Source: Arcobacteraceae bacterium
GTDB lineage: Bacteria; Campylobacterota; Campylobacteria; Campylobacterales; Arcobacteraceae
Direction: 5' to 3'
Length of the DNA: 64,000 nt
Assembly: GCA_963667095.1 (NCBI GenBank)
Contig: OY762960.1
Span: forward strand, 1,978,591 to 2,042,590
In this document: piece by piece, positions 40,746-51,323 of the stretch
How positions within the stretch are numbered: position 1 is the stretch's first letter
Layout of the letters: every line of letters starts with the position of its first letter
Position numbers and translations under genes: made by a program
The notes under the pieces: model-generated
What the model saw: only the letters and a program-made list of their open reading frames with translations
What the model was told of the DNA's origin: nothing
Databases searched by the model: none

Positions 40746-41978
40746 TTATTGTCCAGCTAAATATCCACTACTAAAAGCCCATTGTAGATTGTATCCTCCA
40801 CATGGACCATCTAAGTCTACAATTTCACCTGCAAAGTAAAGTCCACTTATGATTTTACTTTCCATTGTTTTAGGATTTATCTCTTTTAAACTAATACCAC
40901 CTCTTGTTATCATAGCTTTATCAAAACCATCATGCCCGTTTATTGTAAAGGGTGTCCAAGCTAGTAGTTTGATAAGTTTGTTTTTTGCTGTACCTGATAT
41001 AGTTTTGAAAGTTTGAGAAGAGTTAATCTCACACAGTTTACAAAGTTCAATTATCACACTTTTTGGTAATATTTTTGTTAATTGTTCTTCTATATTGCTT
41101 TGCGGATTTTTTATAGTTTCATTTTTAATATATTGCAAAATGTCGTCTTCAGTCATACCTTTTGTAAGGTTTATTAGAATTGGAACTTCTGTATATTTAT
41201 CTAAGTGAGGAGTTATCTCTCTTGCAAAGTCCAGTATTACTGGACCCCTGAGTCCTTTTTTTGTAAAGATTAAATCTCCAGTTGCTTGAAGTTTTTTGAG
41301 TTTTTTATCAGGTAAGTTTACTTTTATAGTTGTTTTTGCAATTGTATCTGCTGTACAGTTTCCTTGCCAATTTTCAACTGTATGAAGTGGCATCATAGCA
41401 GGATAAATATTTGTGATAGTATGTCCAAGTTTTTTTACTATTTTATATCCATCACCAGTTGCACCTAAAGTAGGGTATCCTAAACCACCAGTTGCCAATA
41501 TAATTTTATTAGTATGGTAAAGTGAACTTTCCGTTTTTATAGCGGTTACTTTATTCTCTTCTACTTCTATTTCTTGAACTTTCTGATTTGTTTTTATTTG
41601 TACATTTAAGTTTAGAAGTTTGTTTTTTAAGGCTTCTATAATAGTACTAGAACTATGGCTTGTTGGAAAAATACGAAAACCATCAGGAATATGAGTATCT
41701 ACTCCAATTAATTTAAAAAACTCCATAAGTTGTGTATTATCAAGAGTTTCTAAGGCATCTCTCATAAAGCGTCCATTTTTCCCAAAAGAGTTCATAAAGG
41801 CTTCATTGTCCAGTGTATTACTAAGGTTACATCTTCCTCCACCTGTGGCTTTAAGTTTTGAAGCTAGTTTGGGAAGTTTTTCTAAAAGTAGGGTAGTGTT
41901 TCCATTTTTTGCCGATTCTATGGCTGCAATGAGTCCAGCAGCTCCACTGCCTACTACAATCACTTCATAAGTTGTCAT
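40746..41978 (-). CDS. NAD(P)/FAD-dependent oxidoreductase, HI0933/BaiN-like flavoprotein
   Basis: N-terminal VVGSGAAGL. GGGRCNLSN and the C-terminal GGYNLQWAFSSG are typical of the HI0933 family. Confidence 0.8.
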   Translation of the reverse strand: MTTYEVIVVGSGAAGLIAAIESAKNGNTTLLLEKLPKLASKLKATGGGRCNLSNTLDNEAFMNSFGKNGRFMRDALETLDNTQLMEFFKLIGVDTHIPDGFRIFPTSHSSSTIIEALKNKLLNLNVQIKTNQKVQEIEVEENKVTAIKTESSLYHTNKIILATGGLGYPTLGATGDGYKIVKKLGHTITNIYPAMMPLHTVENWQGNCTADTIAKTTIKVNLPDKKLKKLQATGDLIFTKKGLRGPVILDFAREITPHLDKYTEVPILINLTKGMTEDDILQYIKNETIKNPQSNIEEQLTKILPKSVIIELCKLCEINSSQTFKTISGTAKNKLIKLLAWTPFTINGHDGFDKAMITRGGISLKEINPKTMESKIISGLYFAGEIVDLDGPCGGYNLQWAFSSGYLAGQ

Positions 41979-42886
41979 TTTTTTCTTGCTTTTAAATAAG
42001 CTCTTTTAGGGGCAGGATAGCCTTCTATCGTTTTATTTTTATTATTTGGGTCTAAAAAGTTATCTAAACTTTGTCCAAAAGTCCATGGAGTTACTCTTTG
42101 TTCTTTTTCATCTGTCTTTGTTATTTCTATAAGTTCTATATCTTTAAAACCTGCACGATGAAGCCAATTTTTAAAACAATTAACTGTTGGGATAAAATAG
42201 ATATTTGGTATCATCGCATATCTCTCTTTTGGAACTAAGCATACTTCCTCTTCCCCATCAATCATAAAACTATCTACGATAATCTCCCCATCTTTATTTA
42301 AAGCACGAGAGAGAGATTTTAAAGAGGCGATAGGGTCGCTTCTATGATATAAAACACCCAACATAAAAATAAAGTCGAATTTATGTTCATAAAACTCTAA
42401 ATGCTCAACTCCTAAAAGTTCATATTTAATATCACTTTTTAGAAAATGATTTACTATATCAAATTGTGTTTTAAAAATAGCAGAGGGATCAAATCCTACG
42501 AGCTTTTTAGGTTTTTGTGAAAGCATCCTAAACATATAGTATCCATTATTACATCCTACATCTGCAACAATTTTATTCTTTAAATTAAAATGTTTCTTTA
42601 GTAAATTGTATTTAAGGTTACTTTGCCATTCACTGTCTACTTCTACCCCACAAAGATTAAAAGGTCCTTTTCTCCAAGGAATAATGGCTTTTAAATTTTC
42701 ATTTAATGATTCTGACTCTTCTTTTGAAAGAGAAGTTTTATCACCTACTGTCACCCAGTCATCAAGTGTAATTGGTAGATTATTTGTATTTATTGTTTGA
42801 ATATTTTTGAGTGCATTTCTCATTGGAATTATATTTTTCCATTGAAGCCATTGTTCTCTTTCTGCTCGTATTTTATCTAGTTTCAT
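41975..42886 (-). CDS. cmoB: tRNA U34 carboxymethyltransferase CmoB
   Basis: PWRKGPF and EWQS motifs. SAM-binding VADVGCNNGYY. Its stop overlaps the downstream gene start by 4 nt. Confidence 0.85.
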   Translation of the reverse strand: MKLDKIRAEREQWLQWKNIIPMRNALKNIQTINTNNLPITLDDWVTVGDKTSLSKEESESLNENLKAIIPWRKGPFNLCGVEVDSEWQSNLKYNLLKKHFNLKNKIVADVGCNNGYYMFRMLSQKPKKLVGFDPSAIFKTQFDIVNHFLKSDIKYELLGVEHLEFYEHKFDFIFMLGVLYHRSDPIASLKSLSRALNKDGEIIVDSFMIDGEEEVCLVPKERYAMIPNIYFIPTVNCFKNWLHRAGFKDIELIEITKTDEKEQRVTPWTFGQSLDNFLDPNNKNKTIEGYPAPKRAYLKARKK

Positions 42887-42960
42887 GATGAAATTCTACT
42901 TTAATTTGCTTAAAGTTGATTTTAACTATAATATTTCAAATTAAATAATAAGGTAAAATT

Positions 42961-44844
42961 TTGAATAAAATAAGATTTTCTTATATAGCTATTGCTTCAA
43001 CTTTATCTTTTTTATTACTTATTTTTATCTATTATCATAAAACACATGAGATGGCTGTAGAGAATGCAAAAGTAAAGATTAATGAACTGCTTTTAAATTA
43101 TCAAGCCGTTCGTTTATATGTAAGTAAAGTACAAAAAGAAGAGGTCTATTTATTACAGCAAAAAGGTATTATTAATAAAGAATATTTTAACCCAGCTTTA
43201 TTATCTTCAACATTTAGCGCAAAGCATGTAAATGATTTTTATAATGATTTTAAAAATAAACTGAATCAAAGTCCAATAACAATAAGATTTTCAAGTGATA
43301 ATCCTAGAAATTTAACCAATAAAGCAACACCAAAAGAGTCATCGCTTTTAAAAAAATTCAATAATAAAGAGATAGAAGAATATTCTGAAATTATTCAAGA
43401 AGATGGCAAGCCTATTCTATATTATGTACTTCCTACCAAGAGAACTACTAATAAATGTATGAAGTGTCATTCTGATCCAAGTTTAGCTCCTAAAGATTTA
43501 TTAAAAATTTATGGAGATAAAAATGGTTTTTATGAAGAAGTTGGGATAATTCGAGCTGTATTATCTACAACATATCCATTAGAAAAAGATTTTCAAAGTG
43601 CTAATAAAACTTTTTTTATTTTAACTTTAGTCACATTTATTATATTTGCAAGTTTATTAGTTTTAGTCTATTTTTTTACTAAAAAGATAAATGAAGCAAA
43701 TATTAATTTAGATAAAAAAGTGGTTCAAAGAACAAAAGAATTAAAGGCAGAACAAGAGCATATTAAAGCTATTATTGATATTAATCCAAATATTATTATT
43801 GTTATTCATAATGATATAATTATTAGTGCAAATAAACAGTTTTTTAAATTTTTTAATTGTCATTCTATGGATGAGTTTTTAGCCAAATATCAAACTATTA
43901 ATAATTTTATAATTGAGATTGATAAAAAATCGCTAGAAAGTACATATAAAATTGATGGTCTATTTTGGTATGAATATTTAGCCAATATGAAGAAAAAAGT
44001 ACATCATGTAGAGATAGAATTCAATGAAACTCGAAGTTGTTTTCTTACAAGTGCAACACATTTTAGTGATAATGGTGATATTTTACTTACTTTCAATGAT
44101 ATTACGGAACAGATTAAAAAAGATAAATTACTTCAAGAACAATCAAAATTAGCAGCAATGGGTGAAATGATAGGAAACATTGCACATCAATGGAGACAAC
44201 CATTATCAGTAATATCTACGAGCTCAACAGGTATGCAAATACAAAAACAATATGATATGCTAGATGATGAAAAACTTAATGAACACTGTGAAATAATTAA
44301 TGTAAATGTTCAATATCTTTCAAAAACAATAGATGATTTTAGAGATTTTATAAAAGCAGATAAAGAGAAAACAAATTTTCCACTTCATGAAAGTATTAAT
44401 AGTTTTTTAAAATTAGTTGATGGTTCTATAAAAAATGATAATTTAAATATAATACTTGATATAGATGAGAATGTTATTTTCTTTGGATATTCAAATGAAA
44501 TGGTACAGTGTTTTATGAACTTTTTTAATAACTCTAGAGATGCTTTACAACAAATATCAGAAGAAAAGAAATATATATTTATAACGATTAAAAGAGAAAA
44601 TAATGCAATATTGATATCATTTAAAGATAGTGGTGGTGGAATTGAACAAAGTATTCAATCTAAAATTTTTGAACCATACTTTACAACAAAACATCAATCA
44701 CAAGGTACAGGACTAGGACTCCATATGGTTTACAATATTATTGTTGATGGTATGGGTGGGAGCATTGAAGTTAAAAATGTAGAGTTTGTACATGAAAATA
44801 AGAAGTTACGAGGTAGTGAATTTATTATTAAGTTTTTGTTATAA
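42961..44844 (+). CDS. sensor histidine kinase with periplasmic CxxCH (c-type haem, DUF3365-like) domain and cytoplasmic PAS-like domain
   Basis: TM1, then a periplasmic region with CMKCH at 43456-43470, then TM2. H-box NIAHQWRQPL, N-box FFNNSRDAL and G-boxes DSGGGI and GTGLGL are present. Confidence 0.88.
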   Translation: MNKIRFSYIAIASTLSFLLLIFIYYHKTHEMAVENAKVKINELLLNYQAVRLYVSKVQKEEVYLLQQKGIINKEYFNPALLSSTFSAKHVNDFYNDFKNKLNQSPITIRFSSDNPRNLTNKATPKESSLLKKFNNKEIEEYSEIIQEDGKPILYYVLPTKRTTNKCMKCHSDPSLAPKDLLKIYGDKNGFYEEVGIIRAVLSTTYPLEKDFQSANKTFFILTLVTFIIFASLLVLVYFFTKKINEANINLDKKVVQRTKELKAEQEHIKAIIDINPNIIIVIHNDIIISANKQFFKFFNCHSMDEFLAKYQTINNFIIEIDKKSLESTYKIDGLFWYEYLANMKKKVHHVEIEFNETRSCFLTSATHFSDNGDILLTFNDITEQIKKDKLLQEQSKLAAMGEMIGNIAHQWRQPLSVISTSSTGMQIQKQYDMLDDEKLNEHCEIINVNVQYLSKTIDDFRDFIKADKEKTNFPLHESINSFLKLVDGSIKNDNLNIILDIDENVIFFGYSNEMVQCFMNFFNNSRDALQQISEEKKYIFITIKRENNAILISFKDSGGGIEQSIQSKIFEPYFTTKHQSQGTGLGLHMVYNIIVDGMGGSIEVKNVEFVHENKKLRGSEFIIKFLL

Positions 44845-44946
44845 AACTTTATTTTAGCTTTTTTAGAGATACTAGTGTTTATAAATTACTCTAAAAGATA
44901 AACTTCTTTTGTTATAATCTCAAATTATTTTTATACAAGGATTTTT

Positions 44947-47706
44947 ATGGGCATAGTAATTAAAAAAATTTCAGATGTATTGTTTTCCTATTGGACAATG
45001 GCACTACTGTTTATACTTTTAGGTGCAGGGGCTGGTGTTGCTACATTTATTGAAAATGATTTTGGTACATCGACAGCGAGAGTTTTAGTTTATAATAACA
45101 TTTGGTATGAAATTGTAATGGTACTTGCAGCAGTTAACCTAAGTGGTATAATTTATAGAAGAAAAATGTGGAGACAAAAAGCGAAATTTATCTTTCATTC
45201 TTCATTTATTATTATGCTGATTGGTGCAGGTATGACTCGATATATTGGTTATGAGGGAATTATGCATATTAAAGAGGGTCAAACTCAAAATGAGATGATA
45301 TCTTTAGAACCATATTTACAAGTTACTATTATTGATAATGGTAAAACATATTATGCCGAGTTTCAAAAAGAGTTTAGTGCTATAGGAAGTAACTATTTTA
45401 ATCATGATATTGCATTTGGTGATAAAAATCTAAATGTACATTTAGATAGTTATAAATTTGCAAAAAAAGCTAAGGCAACTATGAATCTTATCGGAGTAAA
45501 GTTTACTATTGATGGTGAAGGAAAAGTTGAAAAACTTGTAGGTCAAAGAGGAAATGTAGGTCTTGTAAGAGATATAGATTTTAAAAATAATGTTAGAGTT
45601 ATAGCAACTTATGGTTCTAAACCTTTAACAGTACCATTTGCTATAAGACTTAATGATTTTCAACTAGATAGATATCCTGGAAGTATGTCACCATCTTCTT
45701 ATGCAAGTGAAGTTACACTTATAGATAAAGCTAATAATGTTGAGTTTGATTATAGAATATTTATGAACTCTACTTTACAATATGGTGGATTTCAGTTTTT
45801 TCAAAGTTCATATGACCCAGATGAAACAGGTACAATACTATCTGTAAATAATGACCCAGGTACAATTCCTACTTATGTAGGGTATTTTCTATTAGCGTTA
45901 GGATTATTGATGAATATGTTTGATAAAAAATCTAGATTTTCAAAGTTACTACAATATACAAAACAGTTTAACAGTGTAGTTGTTGCTTTTATTGCAGTAG
46001 CTGTTTTTAATAATACTTCTTATGCACAAGAAAACACAACGCAAAATCTTAAGCAAAATGACTCTGTAAAATATCTTGAAACATATAAAAATGATTCAAA
46101 AAAGACAGCTGATTTATTTGGTAAATTAGTAGTTCAGTCTGGTATGGGAAGAATGAAACCAGTTGATTCACTAAATAGAGAAATTTTAAACAAACTTTCA
46201 AGAAAAAGTGAATTTTTAGGGATGAATCCAAACCAAGTAGTTTTAGGTATGATTACTCGTCCTGAAGTTTGGAGAGATTTAAAAATGCTTAAAATCAAAA
46301 CTCCAAAATTGAAAAAAGAATTAGGTTTTGAAGAGAACAGAAAATATGTTGCTTTTTCTGAAATGTTTAATGGACAAGGACAATATAAGTTAAAAGATTT
46401 AGTAAATAAAGCAAATGCAATGAATCCAAATCAAAGAGGTACTTTTGAGAAAGATATTTTACGATTAGATGAAAGACTAAATATCGCTTACATGGTATAT
46501 TTTGGAAATTTATTTAATCTTTTTCCTAGACCTGCTGATGGTCATAATCATGATAATACAAAATGGTACAACCCTATTGATGCTATGGATAAATTCCATG
46601 ATAAAGATAAAGAGGTAGTTACTTTAATGGTACGAGGATTTATTGATAATACTGTAAATGCTAATTATGAAGATGCAAATAAATATATAGGTTTAATTAG
46701 TCAATATCAGAGAAAAATAGGAAAAGATGTAATTCCTTCTAAAGATGTTATAAATAGTGAGATTTTGTTTAATAACCTTTCAGTATTTTCAAAACTTACT
46801 ATTGCATATATGATTTTGGGAGTTGTATTATTTATAGTTTCATTCTTAACTGTATTCAATAAAAACTGGTCATCTCCAAAAGTAAATACTGCATTTTTTG
46901 TAATACTTGCAGTTTTATTTGCTATACATACTTTTGGTATGGGGCATAGATGGTATATAAGTGGTCATGCACCTTGGAGTGATACTTATGAGTCATTAGT
47001 TTATATTGCTTGGTCTGTTATGTTTGCTGGTGTTATTTTCTTTAGAAAATCTCTTATGGCTTTAAGTGCGACAGTTATTATGGCTGGTGTATTTATGTTT
47101 ACAGCTCATTTAACAGGTGTTGATCCGCAAATAACAAATCTTGTTCCTGTTTTAAAATCTTATTGGTTAACAATACATGTATCTATTATCACAGGTTCAT
47201 ATGGATTTTTAGCAATTGGTGCTATGCTTGGTTTTATGGCAATGGTATTATTTATATTTAGAGATCCTAAAAAGCCACACATTGATAGTACAATCAATCA
47301 TATCACAGCTATAAATGAAGCTGCTTTGATTCTAGGGTTAGCTGCACTTGTTGTAGGAAACTTTTTAGGTGGTGTTTGGGCAAATGAATCTTGGGGAAGA
47401 TACTGGGGATGGGATCCAAAAGAGACTTGGGCTTATGTAGCGATTGTTTTTTATGCATTAGTTATCCATCTTAGATTTATACCAAAATTTAATACTCCAT
47501 ATGCATTTGCAGTAGCTTCAACTTGGGCTTTTTCTACAATCTTAATGACATATTTTGGAGTGAATTTTTATCTTAGTGGTATGCATTCATATGCTACAGG
47601 TGATCCAGTTCCTATTCCTACATGGGCTTATGTTCTTACATCTTTAGTATTTGTTGTAACAGTACTAGCTAGTAGAAAACGAGATTTACCAAAATTAAAA
47701 GTATAA
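44947..47706 (+). CDS. ccsBA: fused cytochrome c biogenesis protein CcsBA (System II cytochrome c synthase)
   Basis: 919-aa polytopic protein. The N-terminal part is ResB/CcsB-like. The C-terminal CcsA part carries the WWD motif WGRYWGWDPKETW. Confidence 0.9.
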   Translation: MGIVIKKISDVLFSYWTMALLFILLGAGAGVATFIENDFGTSTARVLVYNNIWYEIVMVLAAVNLSGIIYRRKMWRQKAKFIFHSSFIIMLIGAGMTRYIGYEGIMHIKEGQTQNEMISLEPYLQVTIIDNGKTYYAEFQKEFSAIGSNYFNHDIAFGDKNLNVHLDSYKFAKKAKATMNLIGVKFTIDGEGKVEKLVGQRGNVGLVRDIDFKNNVRVIATYGSKPLTVPFAIRLNDFQLDRYPGSMSPSSYASEVTLIDKANNVEFDYRIFMNSTLQYGGFQFFQSSYDPDETGTILSVNNDPGTIPTYVGYFLLALGLLMNMFDKKSRFSKLLQYTKQFNSVVVAFIAVAVFNNTSYAQENTTQNLKQNDSVKYLETYKNDSKKTADLFGKLVVQSGMGRMKPVDSLNREILNKLSRKSEFLGMNPNQVVLGMITRPEVWRDLKMLKIKTPKLKKELGFEENRKYVAFSEMFNGQGQYKLKDLVNKANAMNPNQRGTFEKDILRLDERLNIAYMVYFGNLFNLFPRPADGHNHDNTKWYNPIDAMDKFHDKDKEVVTLMVRGFIDNTVNANYEDANKYIGLISQYQRKIGKDVIPSKDVINSEILFNNLSVFSKLTIAYMILGVVLFIVSFLTVFNKNWSSPKVNTAFFVILAVLFAIHTFGMGHRWYISGHAPWSDTYESLVYIAWSVMFAGVIFFRKSLMALSATVIMAGVFMFTAHLTGVDPQITNLVPVLKSYWLTIHVSIITGSYGFLAIGAMLGFMAMVLFIFRDPKKPHIDSTINHITAINEAALILGLAALVVGNFLGGVWANESWGRYWGWDPKETWAYVAIVFYALVIHLRFIPKFNTPYAFAVASTWAFSTILMTYFGVNFYLSGMHSYATGDPVPIPTWAYVLTSLVFVVTVLASRKRDLPKLKV

Positions 47707-47710
47707 AAAA

Positions 47711-47735
47711 AGGTTGTCATCTGACAACCTTTTTT
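47711..47735. terminator. bidirectional rho-independent terminator after ccsBA
   Basis: The stem is AGGTTGTCA/TGACAACCT with a 2-4-nt loop. An A-run lies upstream and TTTTT downstream. Confidence 0.8.
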
Positions 47736-48588
47736 ATTTTCCAATTTTTATGACACTTTTGAGAAGTTGATAGAGTAAAAATAAAAATACCAGTGGAAAG
47801 AAGATGGTTTTAAAACTAAATGCAACTATGAGGTTCAAGATATAATCACTTGTTTTCTCTGTTGTAGTTTGATACTCTTTTACTTTACTTTTATAATATT
47901 CTAGATTAAAAATATTATTTGTTACATTATTAAAAGTCTCTTTGACAGAATCTACAAAGTTATTATTTGTTTTTTCTTTATCCTCAATCGTTTGTTGTGT
48001 AATACTATGAATCTCTTGTGACGATTTATTAATTAACTTTTGGTTTATCTCTATATTATAATCATTTTTAACATAGTGTTCATAGACAAAGCTATTTAAC
48101 ATAGACATGATAGGGATGCTAAATCGTAAAAAGATTAAAATAATTGTAACTCTAAAAAATATATCTCTAATTTTCATATCATTTGAAAACCTTACAAACA
48201 TCCAAATATTAAGAATTATAATTGCACCTACTACTATAAATGTAAATATATCTCCAGTTACAAAGTTTAAAAGTATTTTTTGAATTCCTAAAGATGTGAT
48301 ACTTGCTAACATTACCCAAGAGAATTGCTCAACTAAATCATTAATTGGATCGAGGACTTCTCCTATAGTTATTGTAAGTACTGCTGCATTTATCTCTGTA
48401 CCTTGTGCAAGAGAGATGGCACCATTAAGACCTTTGGCTACAGTAAATACTTTTATAGCATTAGTTAATGAATCATCAACGATAGATTCACCTTGTTTGT
48501 CTATATTGATAGTATATGATGTAACAATAATAATAAACGATATGAAAAGGATAAATAACTTATTGATATTTGTTGATTGTAGTAGCAT
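47734..48588 (-). CDS. hypothetical membrane protein (284 aa)
   Basis: Several predicted TM helices plus a hydrophilic Asn/Lys-rich segment. I recognise no motif. Confidence 0.55.
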   Translation of the reverse strand: MLLQSTNINKLFILFISFIIIVTSYTINIDKQGESIVDDSLTNAIKVFTVAKGLNGAISLAQGTEINAAVLTITIGEVLDPINDLVEQFSWVMLASITSLGIQKILLNFVTGDIFTFIVVGAIIILNIWMFVRFSNDMKIRDIFFRVTIILIFLRFSIPIMSMLNSFVYEHYVKNDYNIEINQKLINKSSQEIHSITQQTIEDKEKTNNNFVDSVKETFNNVTNNIFNLEYYKSKVKEYQTTTEKTSDYILNLIVAFSFKTIFFPLVFLFLLYQLLKSVIKIGK

Positions 48589-48653
48589 ACTAGTTCCTAT
48601 GTTATATTTCTTTGGTATATTATACTACAAAAAAATTATATGCAATAAGATAC

Positions 48654-48687
48654 AAAAAAAGGCCGCTAAATATAGCAGCCTTTTTTT
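48654..48687 (-). terminator. rho-independent terminator downstream of sucD
   Basis: The stem is AGGCCGCTA/TAGCAGCCT (one mismatch). It is flanked by an A-run and a T7 run. Confidence 0.7.
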
Positions 48688-48706
48688 AATCAGAAAGTAG
48701 TATAAA

Positions 48707-49579
48707 TTATTTAGTTAATACTTCTTTTACAGCTTTCCCAATTTCTGCAGGAGATACAACAACTTTAACTCCAGCAGCTTCAAGAGCAGCCATTTTTTCT
48801 GCAGCTGTTCCAGCACCGCCACTTACGATAGCACCAGCATGTCCCATTCTTTTTCCTTTAGGAGCAGTTTGACCAGCAATAAATGCTACAACTGGTTTAG
48901 TAATGTTCTCTTTGATAAATGCAGCAGCTTGAATTTCAAGATCTCCACCAATTTCACCAATCATAACAATAGCTTCAGTTTCTGGATCTGCTTCAAACAT
49001 AGGAAGAAGTTGTTTGTATGAAAGACCAATAATTGGGTCTCCACCAATACCAACAGCAGTTGTTATACCAAATCCTTCTTTACATACTTGATTTGCACCT
49101 TCGTATGTTAAAGTTCCTGATTTAGAGATAAGTCCTACATTTCCTTTTTTGAAAATAGCACCTGGCATAATACCTATTTTACACTCTTGGGCTGTGATGA
49201 TACCTGGACAGTTTGGTCCAATAGTCATCATACCATGTTTTACTGCGTATGCCTTAGCAGCTTGCATATCTCTTACAGGAGCACCTTCAGTGATAATAAC
49301 AGCAAGTTCTATTCCAGCATCAGCAGCTTCCATAACAGCATCAGCAACAAAAACAGGTGGTACAAATATCATAGATACAGTTGCACCTGTTGCTTCTACA
49401 GCACATCTAACAGTGTTAAAAACAGGTTTGCCTAAATGTTCTTGACCACCTTTATTTGGAGTAACACCACCAACAATATTTGTTCCATATGCTAAACATT
49501 GTTCTGCATGGAAAGTTCCCTCTTTACCTGTGAAACCTTGAACGATTACTTTTGTATCTTTGTTTACTAAAATTGACAT
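48707..49579 (-). CDS. sucD: succinyl-CoA synthetase alpha subunit
   Basis: [12 protein letters not shown], and MGHAGAIV containing the phosphohistidine. Confidence 0.95.
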   Translation of the reverse strand: MSILVNKDTKVIVQGFTGKEGTFHAEQCLAYGTNIVGGVTPNKGGQEHLGKPVFNTVRCAVEATGATVSMIFVPPVFVADAVMEAADAGIELAVIITEGAPVRDMQAAKAYAVKHGMMTIGPNCPGIITAQECKIGIMPGAIFKKGNVGLISKSGTLTYEGANQVCKEGFGITTAVGIGGDPIIGLSYKQLLPMFEADPETEAIVMIGEIGGDLEIQAAAFIKENITKPVVAFIAGQTAPKGKRMGHAGAIVSGGAGTAAEKMAALEAAGVKVVVSPAEIGKAVKEVLTK

Positions 49580-49591
49580 CTATTATACTCC

Positions 49592-50764
49592 TTATTGTGC
49601 CGCTGCAGCTTCAACTGCTTTTCTTGCACCATCACCTAAATCTGTTGCACTAATAACATTTGAGATACCTGCATTTTTAAGTATTTCAGCAGCTTCTACA
49701 GCATTTGTACCATCAAGTCTTACAATAACTGGAACTCTTACATCTACCATTTTTGTAGCTTCTAATATACCGTTTGCAATTCTATCACATCTTACAATTC
49801 CACCAAAAATATTAACAAATATTGCTTTTACTTTTGGGTTTTTTAAAATTATTTCAAATCCCTTTGCAACTGTTTCTGCATTTGCTTTTCCACCAACATC
49901 AAGGAAGTTTGCAGGTGTTCCACCCATATAGTTAATTGTATCCATAGTACCCATAGCAAGTCCTGCACCATTCACCATACAACCAATTTCACCATCAAGT
50001 GAGATATAAGAAAGTCCATATTGACTAGCTTCTCTCTCATCGTGATCCTCTTCAGATATATCTCTCATATCTTCAATATCAGGATGTCTTCCAAGTGCTG
50101 AATCATCAAATCCCATTTTCCCATCAAGTGCTAAGAAGTCTCCAGAACCTGTTTTAATAAGTGGATTAATTTCAATCATCTCTGCATCATTTTCCATATA
50201 TACTTTGTATAAAGCTTGAGCAAATTTTATAAATTTAGCTTGTTCAGCTTTATCTGTGATTCCAAGTCCAAATACTAATTCTCTACCATGAAAACCTTGA
50301 AAACCAATAGCTGGATCAACTGCAACTTTTACAATCTTTTCAGGAGTTTCTTCTGCAACTTTTTCTATCTCCATACCACCTTCAGTTGAAGCCATAATTA
50401 CTGGCATCTCTTTTGCTCTATCTAGTACTACACCAAGGTAAAGCTCATCTTTAATATCAGCTCCCTCTTCAATATATACTTTATGAACTTCTTTCCCTTC
50501 AGGTCCTGTTTGATGAGTAATTAGTGTCATATGTAAAATTTCACTTGAAAGTTGTTCAACTTCTTCAATTGATTTTGCTAGTTTTACACCTCCACCAAGT
50601 CCTCTTCCACCTGCATGGATTTGAGCTTTAACAACCCAAATGTTTCCACCTAATTCATGAGCAGCAGCAACTGCTTGAGATGGTGTATTTGCAACAATAC
50701 CTCTTGGTGTTGGTACACCGTACTTTGCAAAAATCTGTTTCGCTTGATATTCGTGAATATTCAT
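49592..50764 (-). CDS. sucC: succinyl-CoA synthetase beta subunit
   Basis: MNIHEYQAKQIFAKYGVP at the N-terminus. ATP-grasp fold and GGIVRCD. Confidence 0.95.
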   Translation of the reverse strand: MNIHEYQAKQIFAKYGVPTPRGIVANTPSQAVAAAHELGGNIWVVKAQIHAGGRGLGGGVKLAKSIEEVEQLSSEILHMTLITHQTGPEGKEVHKVYIEEGADIKDELYLGVVLDRAKEMPVIMASTEGGMEIEKVAEETPEKIVKVAVDPAIGFQGFHGRELVFGLGITDKAEQAKFIKFAQALYKVYMENDAEMIEINPLIKTGSGDFLALDGKMGFDDSALGRHPDIEDMRDISEEDHDEREASQYGLSYISLDGEIGCMVNGAGLAMGTMDTINYMGGTPANFLDVGGKANAETVAKGFEIILKNPKVKAIFVNIFGGIVRCDRIANGILEATKMVDVRVPVIVRLDGTNAVEAAEILKNAGISNVISATDLGDGARKAVEAAAAQ

Positions 50765-50890
50765 CGTTTCTCCTATGTAAGATTTGAATTTAAGTAATTA
50801 TAACCAGTAAGTGATTTAACTATTTTTACATTTTTATTTGAACTGGCTATTTATGTAAAATAAGTTACAAATTGTATCAAATTGGTAAAT

Positions 50891-51199
50891 TTAGTTACTT
50901 TTTAACTGATAGTGTGTTTCGTTTAGATACTTTATGACTTTTGTGTCCTCTTCTGGAAACCATCCTGTTTCAAAATGTGTAGCACAGTTTTTTACCCAAG
51001 TTGTAAGTTCTTTATGGTTTGTTGCTTTTGATTCTTTAGGATCAAACTCACCATCTAAGTCATGACATTTTTGACAGTTTGCTTTTGTATATAATATTTT
51101 CCCTTTTTTTGCTTCTTCTGTTAAGTCAACAGCTTCTAAGCCTATTGAAAAAAAGCAAAGTGTTACAATGATTGCTGATGTTTTTGTTGAAAGTTTCAT
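50891..51199 (-). CDS. small periplasmic monohaem c-type cytochrome-like protein (102 aa)
   Basis: It has a signal peptide and a single CQKCH motif. Confidence 0.65.
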   Translation of the reverse strand: MKLSTKTSAIIVTLCFFSIGLEAVDLTEEAKKGKILYTKANCQKCHDLDGEFDPKESKATNHKELTTWVKNCATHFETGWFPEEDTKVIKYLNETHYQLKSN

Positions 51200-51264
51200 A
51201 ATAAATCCTTTCTATATTTGTAATGATAGTGTATTTAAATATTAATTAAATATCTATAAAAATT

Positions 51265-51297
51265 AAAAAAGAGACTCAAACTTAGAGTCTCTTTTTA
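51265..51297 (-). terminator. rho-independent terminator downstream of the fumarate hydratase beta gene
   Basis: The stem is AGAGACTC/GAGTCTCT with a 7-nt loop. A T-run follows on the minus strand. Confidence 0.75.
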
Positions 51298-51323
51298 TAA
51301 AAACAAATCATTATATTTATAAT

